Below, piece after piece: positions 45,984 to 54,703 of a stretch of DNA of 64,000 nucleotides. Under the pieces are notes generated by a model. It saw nothing but the letters and a program-made list of their open reading frames with translations, was not told where the DNA came from and ran no database searches. Each line of letters begins with the position of its first letter. Position 1 is the first letter of the stretch. The stretch lies in the NCBI GenBank assembly GCA_964640085.1, contig CAZXFA010000005.1, positions 46,438 through 110,437 of the forward strand, read 5' to 3'. The translations under genes were made by a program, and so were the position numbers. This DNA comes from an uncultured Actinomycetes bacterium. Lineage in GTDB: Bacteria; Actinomycetota; UBA4738; HRBIN12.

Positions 45984-46457
45984 ATGGAGACCCTCGAACG
46001 CACCAGCGACGACGTCGGCACCGAGCTCCAGGGCGTGCTGATCGAGCTCCTCGACCTGTCGCTCCAGGGCAAGCAGGTGCACTGGAACCTGACCGGCACC
46101 ACGTTCCTGGCGTTGCACCCCCATCTCGACGACCTGGTGGCCGAGTACCGATCCTGGTCGGACCGGGTGGCCGAGCGAGCCGTGGCGATCGGGACGTGGC
46201 CCGACGGTGGCGCCGGTGCGATCTCCGCCCGCAGCGGGCTGCGCGAGCTCCCCTCGGGGCCGATCCTCGATGGCAAGGCGCTTCGGCTGCTGAGCGAGCG
46301 CATCGAACAGGTCGTGGAGCGGCTCCGCGAGCGCATCGAAGCCGTGGGAACCACCGACCCCGCCAGCGAGAACCTGCTGGTCGAGATCCTCACCGGCCTC
46401 GAGGAGCAGCTGTGGATGCTCCGGGCCGCGATGGCGGACCCGGGATCGTCCGGCTGA
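45984..46457 (+). CDS. dps: Dps-family DNA-protection / ferritin-like protein
   Basis: LQGKQVHWNLTGTTFLALHPHLDDLVAEYR... is the Dps signature. AGGAGG Shine-Dalgarno. The upstream in-frame extension of track ORF 45687..46457 is Arg/Gly-rich and non-coding-like. Confidence 0.9.
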   Translation: METLERTSDDVGTELQGVLIELLDLSLQGKQVHWNLTGTTFLALHPHLDDLVAEYRSWSDRVAERAVAIGTWPDGGAGAISARSGLRELPSGPILDGKALRLLSERIEQVVERLRERIEAVGTTDPASENLLVEILTGLEEQLWMLRAAMADPGSSG

Positions 46458-46548
46458 TCCGCCCCCCGGTCCCATCGAGGGCCCGGCCGTTAGACCCTAC
46501 GCCGGGTCCGGCTGGTGGTTCACCGTTGTTCCGAAGGGGGCGAGGCGG

Positions 46549-47535
46549 ATGCATGCGCGCGCTCCAGAGCAGGTACCGGAGCTGGAACGCCAGCTCCGCC
46601 GATGGGTCCGCAAGGGACTGATCTCCGAGGAGGTCGCGGGGTCGATCTGGGAACTCGAGCGATCCCCGATCGTGCTCCCGGAGGCGGCCGCGCCACTCCC
46701 CGTTCGACGCGTGCCGATCCTGACGGAGGTGATCGGGTACCTGGGGGCGGCGCTCACGGCGGCCGCCTTCGCCGTGTTCGTCGGTCGCACGTGGGGGGAC
46801 CTGGAGACCTGGCAGCGCCTCGCGATGACCGGCGTGGGGGGCCTGGCGTTCCTGGGGGCCGGCGCGGCGATCAACCGGAGCCAGGAGCCGGCGGTCCAAC
46901 GCCTGGCCGCCCTGCTGTGGGTGGTCGGGACCGCGGGACTGACTGGCTTCACGGCGATCCTCGCGGTCGATGTGGCGGACCTCTCCGACCGGTCGGCGCT
47001 CCTCGCGGTGGGAGCGACCTTGATCGCCATCGGTGGAGCGTCGTACGCGTACCGACGGTGGGCGTTGCTGCAGGTCCCGCTGGTCGGCGGATCGGGAGTG
47101 CTCGTCGGAGTGGCGTTCTTCGATGAACCGTTCCGGATCGGCCTTGGGCTCACCGTCCTCGGCGCGGTGTGGGCGGCCCTCGGGACCTTGCGGCTGCTTC
47201 CACCCGCATCGGCCGCGCTGACGATCGGCAGCATCCTCGCGCTGTGGGGACCCACGCCGATGGTGGATGGTTCGGTTGGCCCGGCGCTGTCGATGGGCGT
47301 GCTCGTGGCCGCCGGGGTAGTCGCCCTGAGCGCGTTCGCCCGGCAGCCGGTCGTCCTGGGGATCGGGGTCGTAGGGCTCTTCATCTACCTCGTCAGGGCG
47401 ATCGGCTACTTCTTCCCGGGCTCGATCGCGACGGCGCTCGGATTGCTGGTGGTGGGGCTCGCCCTGATCGTGGTCGTGGTGCTCGCCACGCGGATGCGCC
47501 CACGCCACGGGCCCCCGCGCCCGGCGCACGGGTAG
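46549..47535 (+). CDS. Polytopic membrane protein (DUF2157-like)
   Basis: Soluble N-terminal helix (ELERQLRRWVRKGLISEEVA) followed by about 8 hydrophobic spans. Confidence 0.75.
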   Translation: MHARAPEQVPELERQLRRWVRKGLISEEVAGSIWELERSPIVLPEAAAPLPVRRVPILTEVIGYLGAALTAAAFAVFVGRTWGDLETWQRLAMTGVGGLAFLGAGAAINRSQEPAVQRLAALLWVVGTAGLTGFTAILAVDVADLSDRSALLAVGATLIAIGGASYAYRRWALLQVPLVGGSGVLVGVAFFDEPFRIGLGLTVLGAVWAALGTLRLLPPASAALTIGSILALWGPTPMVDGSVGPALSMGVLVAAGVVALSAFARQPVVLGIGVVGLFIYLVRAIGYFFPGSIATALGLLVVGLALIVVVVLATRMRPRHGPPRPAHG

Positions 47536-47551
47536 CCCGATCCGGTCCCTA

Positions 47552-48322
47552 TCAACCCTCAGAGGGGCGACGGCGGCGCTCGAGGAACGCGGCCGTCGCC
47601 TGCTCGTGCTCAGATGTCTGCGCCAGGGCGGCGTAGGCGAGCCGCTCGATCAGCAGCGCCGCCTCGCGGCTCGAGACGGCCGAGGCGTCGATCGCACGCT
47701 TGGCGACCTCCACCGCGGTGGCCGGGAGGTCGGCGAGCCGTCGGGCGATCTCGAGCGCACCGGCGAGCGCCGTGCCCTCGGGGACGACGGCGGTGACCAG
47801 CCCGGCCCGCTCCGCCTCCTCGGAGCCGAAGCGCTCGCGGAGCAGCACCAGCTCCTTGGTCCGGGCCGGACCCACGGCCTGCACCAGACGCAGGAGCCCA
47901 CCCGAGGAGGGCACGATCCCGAGCGCCACCTCGGGTAGGCCGAACACCGCCGTGGCGTCGGCCACGCGAAGGTCGCAGGCCAGGGCGAGCTCGAGGCCCC
48001 CGCCCAGGCAGTGGCCGTGGATCGCCGCCACCGTGGGCATCGGGAGGTCTGACACTCGTTCGTACACGTCGCCCGTCGCCCGGTAGTACGCAAGGATGTC
48101 CGCTGGCGTCTGCCCGCGCATCTCCGTCACGTCGGCGCCCACGCTGAAGGACCGGCCGGCCCCGGCGATCACGATGGCGCGAGCGTCCGCGACCTCTGCG
48201 GTGCCGAGCGCGGCTCCCAGGTCGGACTCGAGCGCGCTGGACAGGGCGTTCAGCTTCTCCGGCCGGTCGAGCGTCACGATCGCGACGCTCCCCTCCGTCC
48301 GGACGGCCACCAGGTCACCCAT
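47552..48322 (-). CDS. Enoyl-CoA hydratase/isomerase (crotonase) family protein
   Basis: VTLDRPEKLNAL, GAGRSFSVGADV and GHCLGGGLELALACD motifs. Confidence 0.9.
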   Translation of the reverse strand: MGDLVAVRTEGSVAIVTLDRPEKLNALSSALESDLGAALGTAEVADARAIVIAGAGRSFSVGADVTEMRGQTPADILAYYRATGDVYERVSDLPMPTVAAIHGHCLGGGLELALACDLRVADATAVFGLPEVALGIVPSSGGLLRLVQAVGPARTKELVLLRERFGSEEAERAGLVTAVVPEGTALAGALEIARRLADLPATAVEVAKRAIDASAVSSREAALLIERLAYAALAQTSEHEQATAAFLERRRRPSEG

Positions 48323-49403
48323 GGACGATCACCCACCTCGCGTCCTCGCCGCGCTCGAACGCCGCCAGCGCCTCGCCGATCTGGTCCAGGGAACAGGTCC
48401 TGGCGATCATCGGCTCCAACTGGAGCTCCCCGCGCCCCAGCAGATCCGCCAGCATCGGCAGGTCCCGAGGGGGCACGATCGATCCGTACCAGGAGCCGGT
48501 CACGGTGCGCTCCTGGACGGTCAGGGTGAGGGCGTCGAGCGGCACGCGCGCCTCCGACGGCGCCATCCCCACCAGCACAGCGGTCCCGCCAGGCGAGAGC
48601 ACGCGGAACGCGAGCGCGATCGTCTCAGGCCGCCCCAGAGCCTCGAACGCGTGATCCGCGCCACCATCGATCGCCTCACCGATCGCGCCCTCGACGTTCG
48701 CGTCGGACAGGATCGTGTCGGTCGCGCCGACCCGCGCGGCCAGCTCGAGCTTGGATGAGACCACGTCCACCGCGACGATCGGAGCGGCCCCGGCGATCCG
48801 GGCGCCCTGGATCACGCTGAGGCCCACGCCCCCGCACCCGATCACGACGACCGACTCACCCGGACGCACCCGGGCGGTGTTGAGCACCGCACCGACGCCG
48901 GTAGCGACGGCGCACCCGAGCAGCGCGACCTGCTCGAGCGGGAGGGAGCGATCCACCTTGATGGCGGTCCGGGCCGGGACGACCGAGCGCTCGGCGAAGG
49001 ACGAGGGCACGTTGTGCCGGATCGAGACGTCGCCCTTGTGGAACCGCGTGGTCCCATCGGCCAGGTAGCCCTCGTCGAACACGCGCTGGTGCTCGCACAG
49101 CACCGGCCGACCCGCGAGGCAGCGACGGCATGCACCGCAGTAGGGCAGCCATGAGCAGACCACGTGGTTCCCGGGCTCCAGCCCCGTCACGCCCTCCCCG
49201 ACCGCCTCCACCACCCCTGCCCCCTCGTGCCCCAGGACGATCGGGAGCGCATGCGGGTGGACGCCGCGCGCGGTGTGCCAGTCGCTGCGGCAGACGCCGG
49301 AGGCCGCCATCCGTACGAGCACCTCGCCGGCCTTCGGTGGATCGACCTCGAGCTCCTCGATCCGGAGGGGCTCGCCGAACGCGTAGAGCACCGCCGCCCG
49401 CAT
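48315..49403 (-). CDS. Zinc-dependent alcohol dehydrogenase (class III-like)
   Basis: GVCRSDWH, GHEGAGVV, structural-zinc Cys cluster CGACRRCLAGRPVLC, and GCGGVG. Overlaps the downstream crotonase start by 8 nt. Confidence 0.9.
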   Translation of the reverse strand: MRAAVLYAFGEPLRIEELEVDPPKAGEVLVRMAASGVCRSDWHTARGVHPHALPIVLGHEGAGVVEAVGEGVTGLEPGNHVVCSWLPYCGACRRCLAGRPVLCEHQRVFDEGYLADGTTRFHKGDVSIRHNVPSSFAERSVVPARTAIKVDRSLPLEQVALLGCAVATGVGAVLNTARVRPGESVVVIGCGGVGLSVIQGARIAGAAPIVAVDVVSSKLELAARVGATDTILSDANVEGAIGEAIDGGADHAFEALGRPETIALAFRVLSPGGTAVLVGMAPSEARVPLDALTLTVQERTVTGSWYGSIVPPRDLPMLADLLGRGELQLEPMIARTCSLDQIGEALAAFERGEDARWVIVHG

Positions 49404-49488
49404 GGCGGGAGTATGCAGGGAAGCGTTCCACGGCGCGCGAACGGCACCGCCCACGGGTGGTGGCCCGGAACCGGTTCGGGGCCGCGCA

Positions 49489-49505
49489 CGCGAGCCGCGC
49501 TCGCG
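49489..49505 (-). terminator. Possible intrinsic terminator hairpin without U-tract downstream of the ybaK-like gene
   Basis: CGCGAGC-CGC-GCTCGCG is a 7-bp perfect stem with a 3-nt loop, 28 nt after the stop. There is no T-run, so the call is weak. Confidence 0.25.
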
Positions 49506-49532
49506 CCCGATGAGCCCGGTGCCCCGCCGCTC

Positions 49533-50003
49533 CTACTCGTCGGCCGGCGTGCGGGTGAGGCGCGTGACCGTGATCGGCTCCTCGCGGAACAGATCCTGGG
49601 TGCCTGCCTTGATCGACTCGTTCTGCGTGCCGCCGGCGAACACGACCGTCTCGTGGCGCATCACGTCGGGATCGACGTACGCGTGGGCGCGGAGCAGGCC
49701 CCCGAGCGGCGGGAGCGATCCGAGCTCGAACTCCGGATAGAAGTTCTCCAGTTCCTGCTCCTTGGCCAGGTGCGCATGTTTGTCGCCCAGCACGGCCTCG
49801 ACCAGCTTCATGTCGAGCCGTCGATCCCCTGGCACCACGGCCAAGAACCGCCCCCCCTCTGCGTCCACGAGGAGCGTCTTGACCACCTCGTCGGCTTCGA
49901 TCCCCAGCGCCGAAGCCTCGTCGATCGAGGTGAAGGCCTTCTCGTGCGGGATGACCTCGAACGGGATGCCGCGCTTCTCCAGGTACTCGGTCGTGACCGA
50001 CAT
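49533..50003 (-). CDS. YbaK/EbsC-family aminoacyl-tRNA deacylase
   Basis: VVKTLLVDAEGGRFLAVVPGDRRLDMKLV...ELGSLPPLG pattern, 156 aa. Confidence 0.85.
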   Translation of the reverse strand: MSVTTEYLEKRGIPFEVIPHEKAFTSIDEASALGIEADEVVKTLLVDAEGGRFLAVVPGDRRLDMKLVEAVLGDKHAHLAKEQELENFYPEFELGSLPPLGGLLRAHAYVDPDVMRHETVVFAGGTQNESIKAGTQDLFREEPITVTRLTRTPADE

Positions 50004-50117
50004 CCGGATCCTCCTCCTCGAACGGTCCCAGCCTCCAGCGTGGCCCCGGTCCGACGGCCGTTCACGGGCCGGGCGTCGGATCGGGGCCGGGACCCTCGTC
50101 GCCGCTCGGGAAGCCGT

Positions 50118-50450
50118 TCAGGAACGAGAGCCGCCCTCGCCCGGCGCGCCCTCGGACCCCGCGTCTGACTCCGGCGCCCCCTTACCCGTGGCCAGGGCCT
50201 GCTTGGCCTTGGTCATCGCCCTCCCGACGGCGGGCCGCGCCTTCTCGACCGCCTTGTCTACAGCTGGCTTGGCTTTCTCGACCGCCTTGGCCGCGGCCGG
50301 CTTGGCCTTCTCGACCCCCTTCTCGGCAAGCTCCATCGCCCGGTCCACGACCGGCTCGGCCTTCTCGACCGCCTTGGCCGCGGCGTCCCGGGCCTTGCCG
50401 GTCGCGTCCTTCACCTTGTCGAGGAACCGTTCCTCGCCCACGGTCGCCAC
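50118..50450 (-). CDS. Small hydrophilic protein built of 11-residue KA-x-PA-xx-KAVE repeats
   Basis: KARDAAAKAVE / KAEPVVDRAME / KAKPAAAKAVE / KAKPAVDKAVE / KARPAVGRAMT / KAKQALATGKG. Good codon bias. Confidence 0.7.
   Translation of the reverse strand: MATVGEERFLDKVKDATGKARDAAAKAVEKAEPVVDRAMELAEKGVEKAKPAAAKAVEKAKPAVDKAVEKARPAVGRAMTKAKQALATGKGAPESDAGSEGAPGEGGSRS
50178..50396 (-). repeat. 33-nt periodic coding repeat (about 6.5 units)
   Basis: Recurrent cttctcgaccgccttgg-type units on the plus strand underlie the 11-aa protein repeat. Confidence 0.7.
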
Positions 50451-50524
50451 CTCCTCGTCGTCACCCTTCGACCCTACCGCGACCTCGACGGCCCCGCTCG
50501 CGCCGGGCGCCCATCCCGTACGCT

Positions 50525-50761
50525 GTGAGCATGCCGGAGAGCTACGGGAAGAAACAGCGCCGGAACGTGAAGGCCAAGAAGGCCGCCGCCCGGGACGAGC
50601 GGCGGCTCGCCCGCGCGCAACGGAGGAACGACCGGAAGGCGGGCCTCATCGAGCCGGGGACGCCGATCCAGGCGACCGACCCGGCGGACCTCGCCTTGGC
50701 ACCGCCGCCACAGCCCGAGGCCGCGAACGCGGAGGACAAGGAGGAACGACCGGCGAGCTGA
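50525..50761 (+). CDS. Lys/Arg-rich small protein, function unknown
   Basis: MSMPESYGKKQRRNVKAKKAAARDERRLARAQRRNDRKAGL... with strong G/C third-position bias. Start is GTG 50525 or ATG 50531. Confidence 0.5.
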   Translation: MSMPESYGKKQRRNVKAKKAAARDERRLARAQRRNDRKAGLIEPGTPIQATDPADLALAPPPQPEAANAEDKEERPAS

Positions 50762-50810
50762 GGCGGTCGCGGGCCTCCGCGAGCCGCCCGCGAGGCCCGC
50801 GGGACCTTCG

Positions 50811-51710
50811 ATGGGCAGACCCCTCCGCATCGGTGTCCAGCTCCCCGAGGTGGAGCGCGTGGCCTCCTGGCCGGAGCTCGCGGCGATGGCGCGGGCGGCC
50901 GAGGAGGTCGGGTTCGACTCGATCTGGGTTGGCGACCACCTCCTGTACCGGGGTGATGGAGGACCTGAGCGCGGTCCGTGGGACGCCTGGACGGTGCTCG
51001 CGGCCCTCGCGGCCACCACCTCCCGCGTGCACCTGGGGCCGCTCGTCGCGTGCCTTGGGTTCCACCCACCCGGTGTGCTCGCGCGGATGGCCTCGACCGT
51101 TGACGAGATCTCGGGCGGACGCTTCGTGCTCGGCGTGGGCGCCGGATGGAACGAAGCGGAGTTCCGCGCGTTCGGGATCCCTTTCCAGGAACGGGCCTCG
51201 CGCTTCGAGGAGTCGTTCGCGATCGTTCGCCGACTGCTCGACGGCGAGCGCGTCACCCTCCGAGGGCGCCACGCCCGGGTCCAGGATGCCGTCCTGCTGC
51301 CCCGACCGGCACGTCGCCCGCGGCTGATGGTTGGGAGCAACGGAGAGCGGGTGCTCCGCGCCGCCCTGCCGCACGTCGACGCGTGGAACACCTGGTTCGA
51401 CGAGTACGGCAACACCCCGGAGGGGTTCGCCGGTGCGAGCGCCCGCGTCTCGGCGATCGCGGGCGATCTGGGCCGGGACCCCACCGGGATCGAGCGGAGC
51501 GGGTGCGTCCATGTCGTCCTGGATCGCGGAGCGGCCGAGCGCCCGCTCGTGGAGGAGGCACCTCCCGTCGAGGGCCCGCCGGGACGGATCGCCGAGCAGC
51601 TGCGGGGGCTCGCCGAGGCCGGCGCCGATGAGGCGATCCTGGTCGTGGGCCCGATCACCGAGCGCTCGATCCGTGACCTCGCCGAGGTGCTCGAGCTCCT
51701 CGACGCCTGA
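50811..51710 (+). CDS. LLM-class (luciferase-like) flavin/F420-dependent oxidoreductase
   Basis: GFDSIWVGDHLL, GGRFVLGVGAGWNEAEF and RFEESFAIVRRLL motifs. Confidence 0.85.
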   Translation: MGRPLRIGVQLPEVERVASWPELAAMARAAEEVGFDSIWVGDHLLYRGDGGPERGPWDAWTVLAALAATTSRVHLGPLVACLGFHPPGVLARMASTVDEISGGRFVLGVGAGWNEAEFRAFGIPFQERASRFEESFAIVRRLLDGERVTLRGRHARVQDAVLLPRPARRPRLMVGSNGERVLRAALPHVDAWNTWFDEYGNTPEGFAGASARVSAIAGDLGRDPTGIERSGCVHVVLDRGAAERPLVEEAPPVEGPPGRIAEQLRGLAEAGADEAILVVGPITERSIRDLAEVLELLDA

Positions 51711-51823
51711 GCCCTGCCGGCCGCGCTCGGTTCGCCCGGAGCCGGCGCGCCGGGATCGGTCATCGCGCTGGTCCCGTAGCAGGGGCGATGCCGGGCGATC
51801 GATCGCGAGCTAGGCTTCGCAAG

Positions 51824-52228
51824 ATGGACCAGCCGCCGCAACGGAACCTGATCCTGATCCTCGCGCGCGACTTCGCCTCGCGTCTGGCCACGGCCGTGTT
51901 CCTGATCGACGAGCGGGGAACGGTCATCTACTTCAACGAGGCGGCCGAGCGACTCCTCGGGACGCGATTCGTCGAGGGGCGCGATATGGCCGCCGACGAC
52001 TGGTCCACGCGGTACCGTCCCCGGGACGCGAACGGCAAGCCGGTCAGCCTCGAGGACATGCCGATCGGCGTCGCGTTCCAGCGGCAGGAGCCCGCGCACG
52101 GCGCGCTGAGGATCGACGGGGCAGATGGCGTCGAGCACTTCATCGAGGTGACGGCCTTCCCGCTCCTCGCGCACACCGACGAGTGCGTGGGCGCCATCGC
52201 CATCTTCTGGGAGTCGGCGGAGGCCTAG
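51824..52228 (+). CDS. Single PAS-domain protein
   Basis: AVFLIDERGTVIYFNEAAERLLG...HFIEVTAFPL...GAIAIFWE fits a PAS fold. Start chosen at ATG 51824. Confidence 0.75.
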   Translation: MDQPPQRNLILILARDFASRLATAVFLIDERGTVIYFNEAAERLLGTRFVEGRDMAADDWSTRYRPRDANGKPVSLEDMPIGVAFQRQEPAHGALRIDGADGVEHFIEVTAFPLLAHTDECVGAIAIFWESAEA

Positions 52229-53071
52229 GTGCGCGTCCGCATCTGGGGGTGCCGCGGCACCATCGCCGCGCCGGGACCCGACACGGTCCGGTACGGGGGG
52301 AACACGTCGTGCGTCGAGGTCCTCCTGGATGACGGGACGATGATCATCCTGGACGCGGGCACGGGGGCGCGGCCCCTGGGCGGTGCCCTCGCCGAGGACC
52401 TTCCGCCCCAGGTCGACGTGCTGATCACCCACCTGCACGTCGACCACATCGAAGGGCTCAGCGCGTTCGATCCGATCTGGCGCCCGGAAGGCGACCTGCA
52501 CTTCTGGGGGCCCGCGTCGCCGGTGGCATCGCTCGACGAGCGGATCGCCATGTACTTCTCCCCGCCACTGTTCCCGGTGCACCTGGCGGAGGTACCGGCC
52601 AGGACCACCTTCCACGACGCTCCCGACGAGGAATGGCGGATCGGCGGAGCGCGGATCTGGTCGCTTCCGATCCTGCATCCAGGACCGACCGTCGGCTACC
52701 GGATCGAAGCCGACGGGAAGGTGCTCACGTATCTGACCGATCACGAGCCCGCGCTCGGGACCGACCTGGAGACCGCGCCGCCGGAATGGGTCTCGGGCGC
52801 GGCGTTGGCGTTCGGTGCGGACCTGCTGATCCACGATTGCCAGTACACGCCGGAGGAGTACGTGGGCAGGGTCGGCTGGGGGCACTCGACCACCGAGCAC
52901 GTCGCGAGGTTCGCGGGAGGGACCAAGGTGGACCGGCTGATGCTGTTCCACCACGACCCGATGCACACCGACGACGAGCTCGAGCCGATGCGCGAACGCG
53001 TCATCGAACGGTGGGACGTGGAACCGGACCGGGTGCTGATCGCCGCCGAGGGCTCCGAGCTCGAGGTCTGA
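52229..53071 (+). CDS. MBL-fold metallo-hydrolase
   Basis: ILDAGTG...LITHLHVDHIEGL (HxHxDH) and later His/Asp ligands. The GTG start abuts the PAS gene stop (TAGGTG). Confidence 0.85.
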   Translation: MRVRIWGCRGTIAAPGPDTVRYGGNTSCVEVLLDDGTMIILDAGTGARPLGGALAEDLPPQVDVLITHLHVDHIEGLSAFDPIWRPEGDLHFWGPASPVASLDERIAMYFSPPLFPVHLAEVPARTTFHDAPDEEWRIGGARIWSLPILHPGPTVGYRIEADGKVLTYLTDHEPALGTDLETAPPEWVSGAALAFGADLLIHDCQYTPEEYVGRVGWGHSTTEHVARFAGGTKVDRLMLFHHDPMHTDDELEPMRERVIERWDVEPDRVLIAAEGSELEV

Positions 53072-53096
53072 GCCGACCGGCGTCGGCTCGGCCAAG

Positions 53097-54170
53097 ATGG
53101 AGGCCGTGGCCATCCGCTGGATCCTCCACATGGACCTCGACCAGTTCATCGCGGCGGTCGAGCTGCTCCGGCGACCCGAGCTCGAGGGAAGCCCGGTCGT
53201 GGTCGGTGGGGACGGCGACCCCACCAAACGCGGTGTGGTCTCAACGGCGAGCTACGAGGCGCGGGCGTTCGGCATCCGGAGCGGGATGCCGCTCCGGACC
53301 GCCTTCAAGCGGTGTCCGGAGGCCGTGTTCCTCCCCGTAGACGCGGAGACCTACCTCGCCGCCTCCCGGGAGGTGATGGACGCCCTGCGGACCTTCCCGG
53401 CCGTGGTGCAGGTGATGGGATGGGACGAGGCGTTCCTGGGCGTCGAGACGGAGGACCCCGAGGGAGCCGCCGGACGGATCCAGCGCGCGGTGCTCGAACG
53501 GACCCGACTGTGGTGCTCGATCGGGATCGGCGACAATCGTCTGCGCGCCAAGCTCGCGAGCGGGTTCGCCAAACCCAGGGGCGTGTTCCGGCTCACGGCG
53601 TCGAACTGGGATGAGGTCATGGGTTCCCGTCCGACCGACGAGCTGTTCGGCATCGGTCGCAAGACGGCGGCCAAGCTGCGGGAGCTGGGGATCGTGACGG
53701 TCCGCGATCTCGCGACGGCCGACGAGGTGATCCTGGTCCGCCGGTTCGGGCCGAGGACCGGCCCCTGGCTCCGGGCGGTCGCGAAGGGCGAGGGGGACCG
53801 CGAGGTGAGCGCCGAGCCCTACGTGGCCAGGGGCCACGGTCGCGAACGCACCTTCCAGCAGGACCTGATCGATCCGGAGGAGATCCGTCGGCGGACGGCC
53901 GAGCTGGCCACGGAGCTGGCCGCCGAGCTCCGGGACGGGGGCCGGCTCGCGGTCCGGGTCGTGGTGAAGGTCCGGTTCGCTCCGTTCACCACGTCGACGC
54001 ACGGCGTGAAGCTCGTCGAGCCGACGCTGGACCCCGAGGCGATCGAACGCGGGGCGCTCGAGGCCCTCGGGCGGTTCGAGCTCGACCGCCCGGTCCGCCT
54101 CCTCGGCGTCCGGGCCGAGCTCGCGGCCCCGGAGGAGCCGGTCGAGCGCCGGTCCGGCTCGTACCCCTGA
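53097..54170 (+). CDS. dinB: DNA polymerase IV (Y-family)
   Basis: ILHMDLDQFIAAVE, VSTASYEARAFGIRSGMP, SIGIGDNRLRAKLAS and GIGRKTAAKL motifs. Confidence 0.9.
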   Translation: MEAVAIRWILHMDLDQFIAAVELLRRPELEGSPVVVGGDGDPTKRGVVSTASYEARAFGIRSGMPLRTAFKRCPEAVFLPVDAETYLAASREVMDALRTFPAVVQVMGWDEAFLGVETEDPEGAAGRIQRAVLERTRLWCSIGIGDNRLRAKLASGFAKPRGVFRLTASNWDEVMGSRPTDELFGIGRKTAAKLRELGIVTVRDLATADEVILVRRFGPRTGPWLRAVAKGEGDREVSAEPYVARGHGRERTFQQDLIDPEEIRRRTAELATELAAELRDGGRLAVRVVVKVRFAPFTTSTHGVKLVEPTLDPEAIERGALEALGRFELDRPVRLLGVRAELAAPEEPVERRSGSYP

Positions 54171-54273
54171 ACGAGCGACCGCCAGACGCTCGGGAGGATC
54201 CGGGCGACATGACCCTCGCCGAGCTGCTCCAAGTCCTGCACGTCGCTTCCGGGTCCGGTGCGTCGCGGACCTG

Positions 54274-54690
54274 GTGGGCCGGAACGTGGTCCTCGGACGC
54301 GCCCGCCGGACCGAGGACATCCAACGGGTGCGGGTGCTCGTCGAGGTGGCGGGCCGTTCGACCGACTCATGGGTGGCCCGCGGGTCGATCGCGGTGTTCT
54401 TCCTCGGGAGCCTGACGATGTGGGCCCAGGGCCTGCCGCTCTGGACCGACGGGACCCGCTGGGCCACGGTCTCGCTGATCGCGTTCCCCTCGCTGATCCC
54501 GCTCGTCCCGCCCGTGTTCATCCCCCGCGGGCGAGCGTTCGAGATCGCGCTCGTCGACGCGATCGGTTCCAGACGGGTCACGCCCGAGCTGGCCGCCGCG
54601 TTCCACGATCCGGTCACGGCCGAGGCGCGCTGGTACGAGCTCCTGTTGGTCGCATCCGTGATCTTCCTGATGATCGTGAAGACGTTCTGA
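54274..54690 (+). CDS. Small multi-span membrane protein (DUF2269-like), start uncertain
   Basis: Three hydrophobic helices (IAVFFLGSLTMWAQG; WATVSLIAFPSLIPLVPPVFI; WYELLLVASVIFLMIV). The N-terminal ~30 residues are not convincing. Confidence 0.55.
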   Translation: MGRNVVLGRARRTEDIQRVRVLVEVAGRSTDSWVARGSIAVFFLGSLTMWAQGLPLWTDGTRWATVSLIAFPSLIPLVPPVFIPRGRAFEIALVDAIGSRRVTPELAAAFHDPVTAEARWYELLLVASVIFLMIVKTF

Positions 54691-54703
54691 ACGATCCGCC
54701 CGT

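Noticed and set aside
45687-46457. Track ORF suggesting an N-terminally extended (256-aa) Dps.
   Set aside because: The 99-residue extension is Arg/Gly-rich. The Dps domain begins at ATG 45984, which has its own AGGAGG site, and the 14-bp tandem repeat lies inside the supposed extension.
54209-54415. Possible frameshift joining MTLAELLQVLHVASG... (frame of ATG 54209) to the DUF2269-like ORF 54274..54690 to supply a missing first TM helix.
   Set aside because: The upstream frame is only weakly hydrophobic and I could not find a convincing junction. I kept the downstream ORF with an uncertain start instead.
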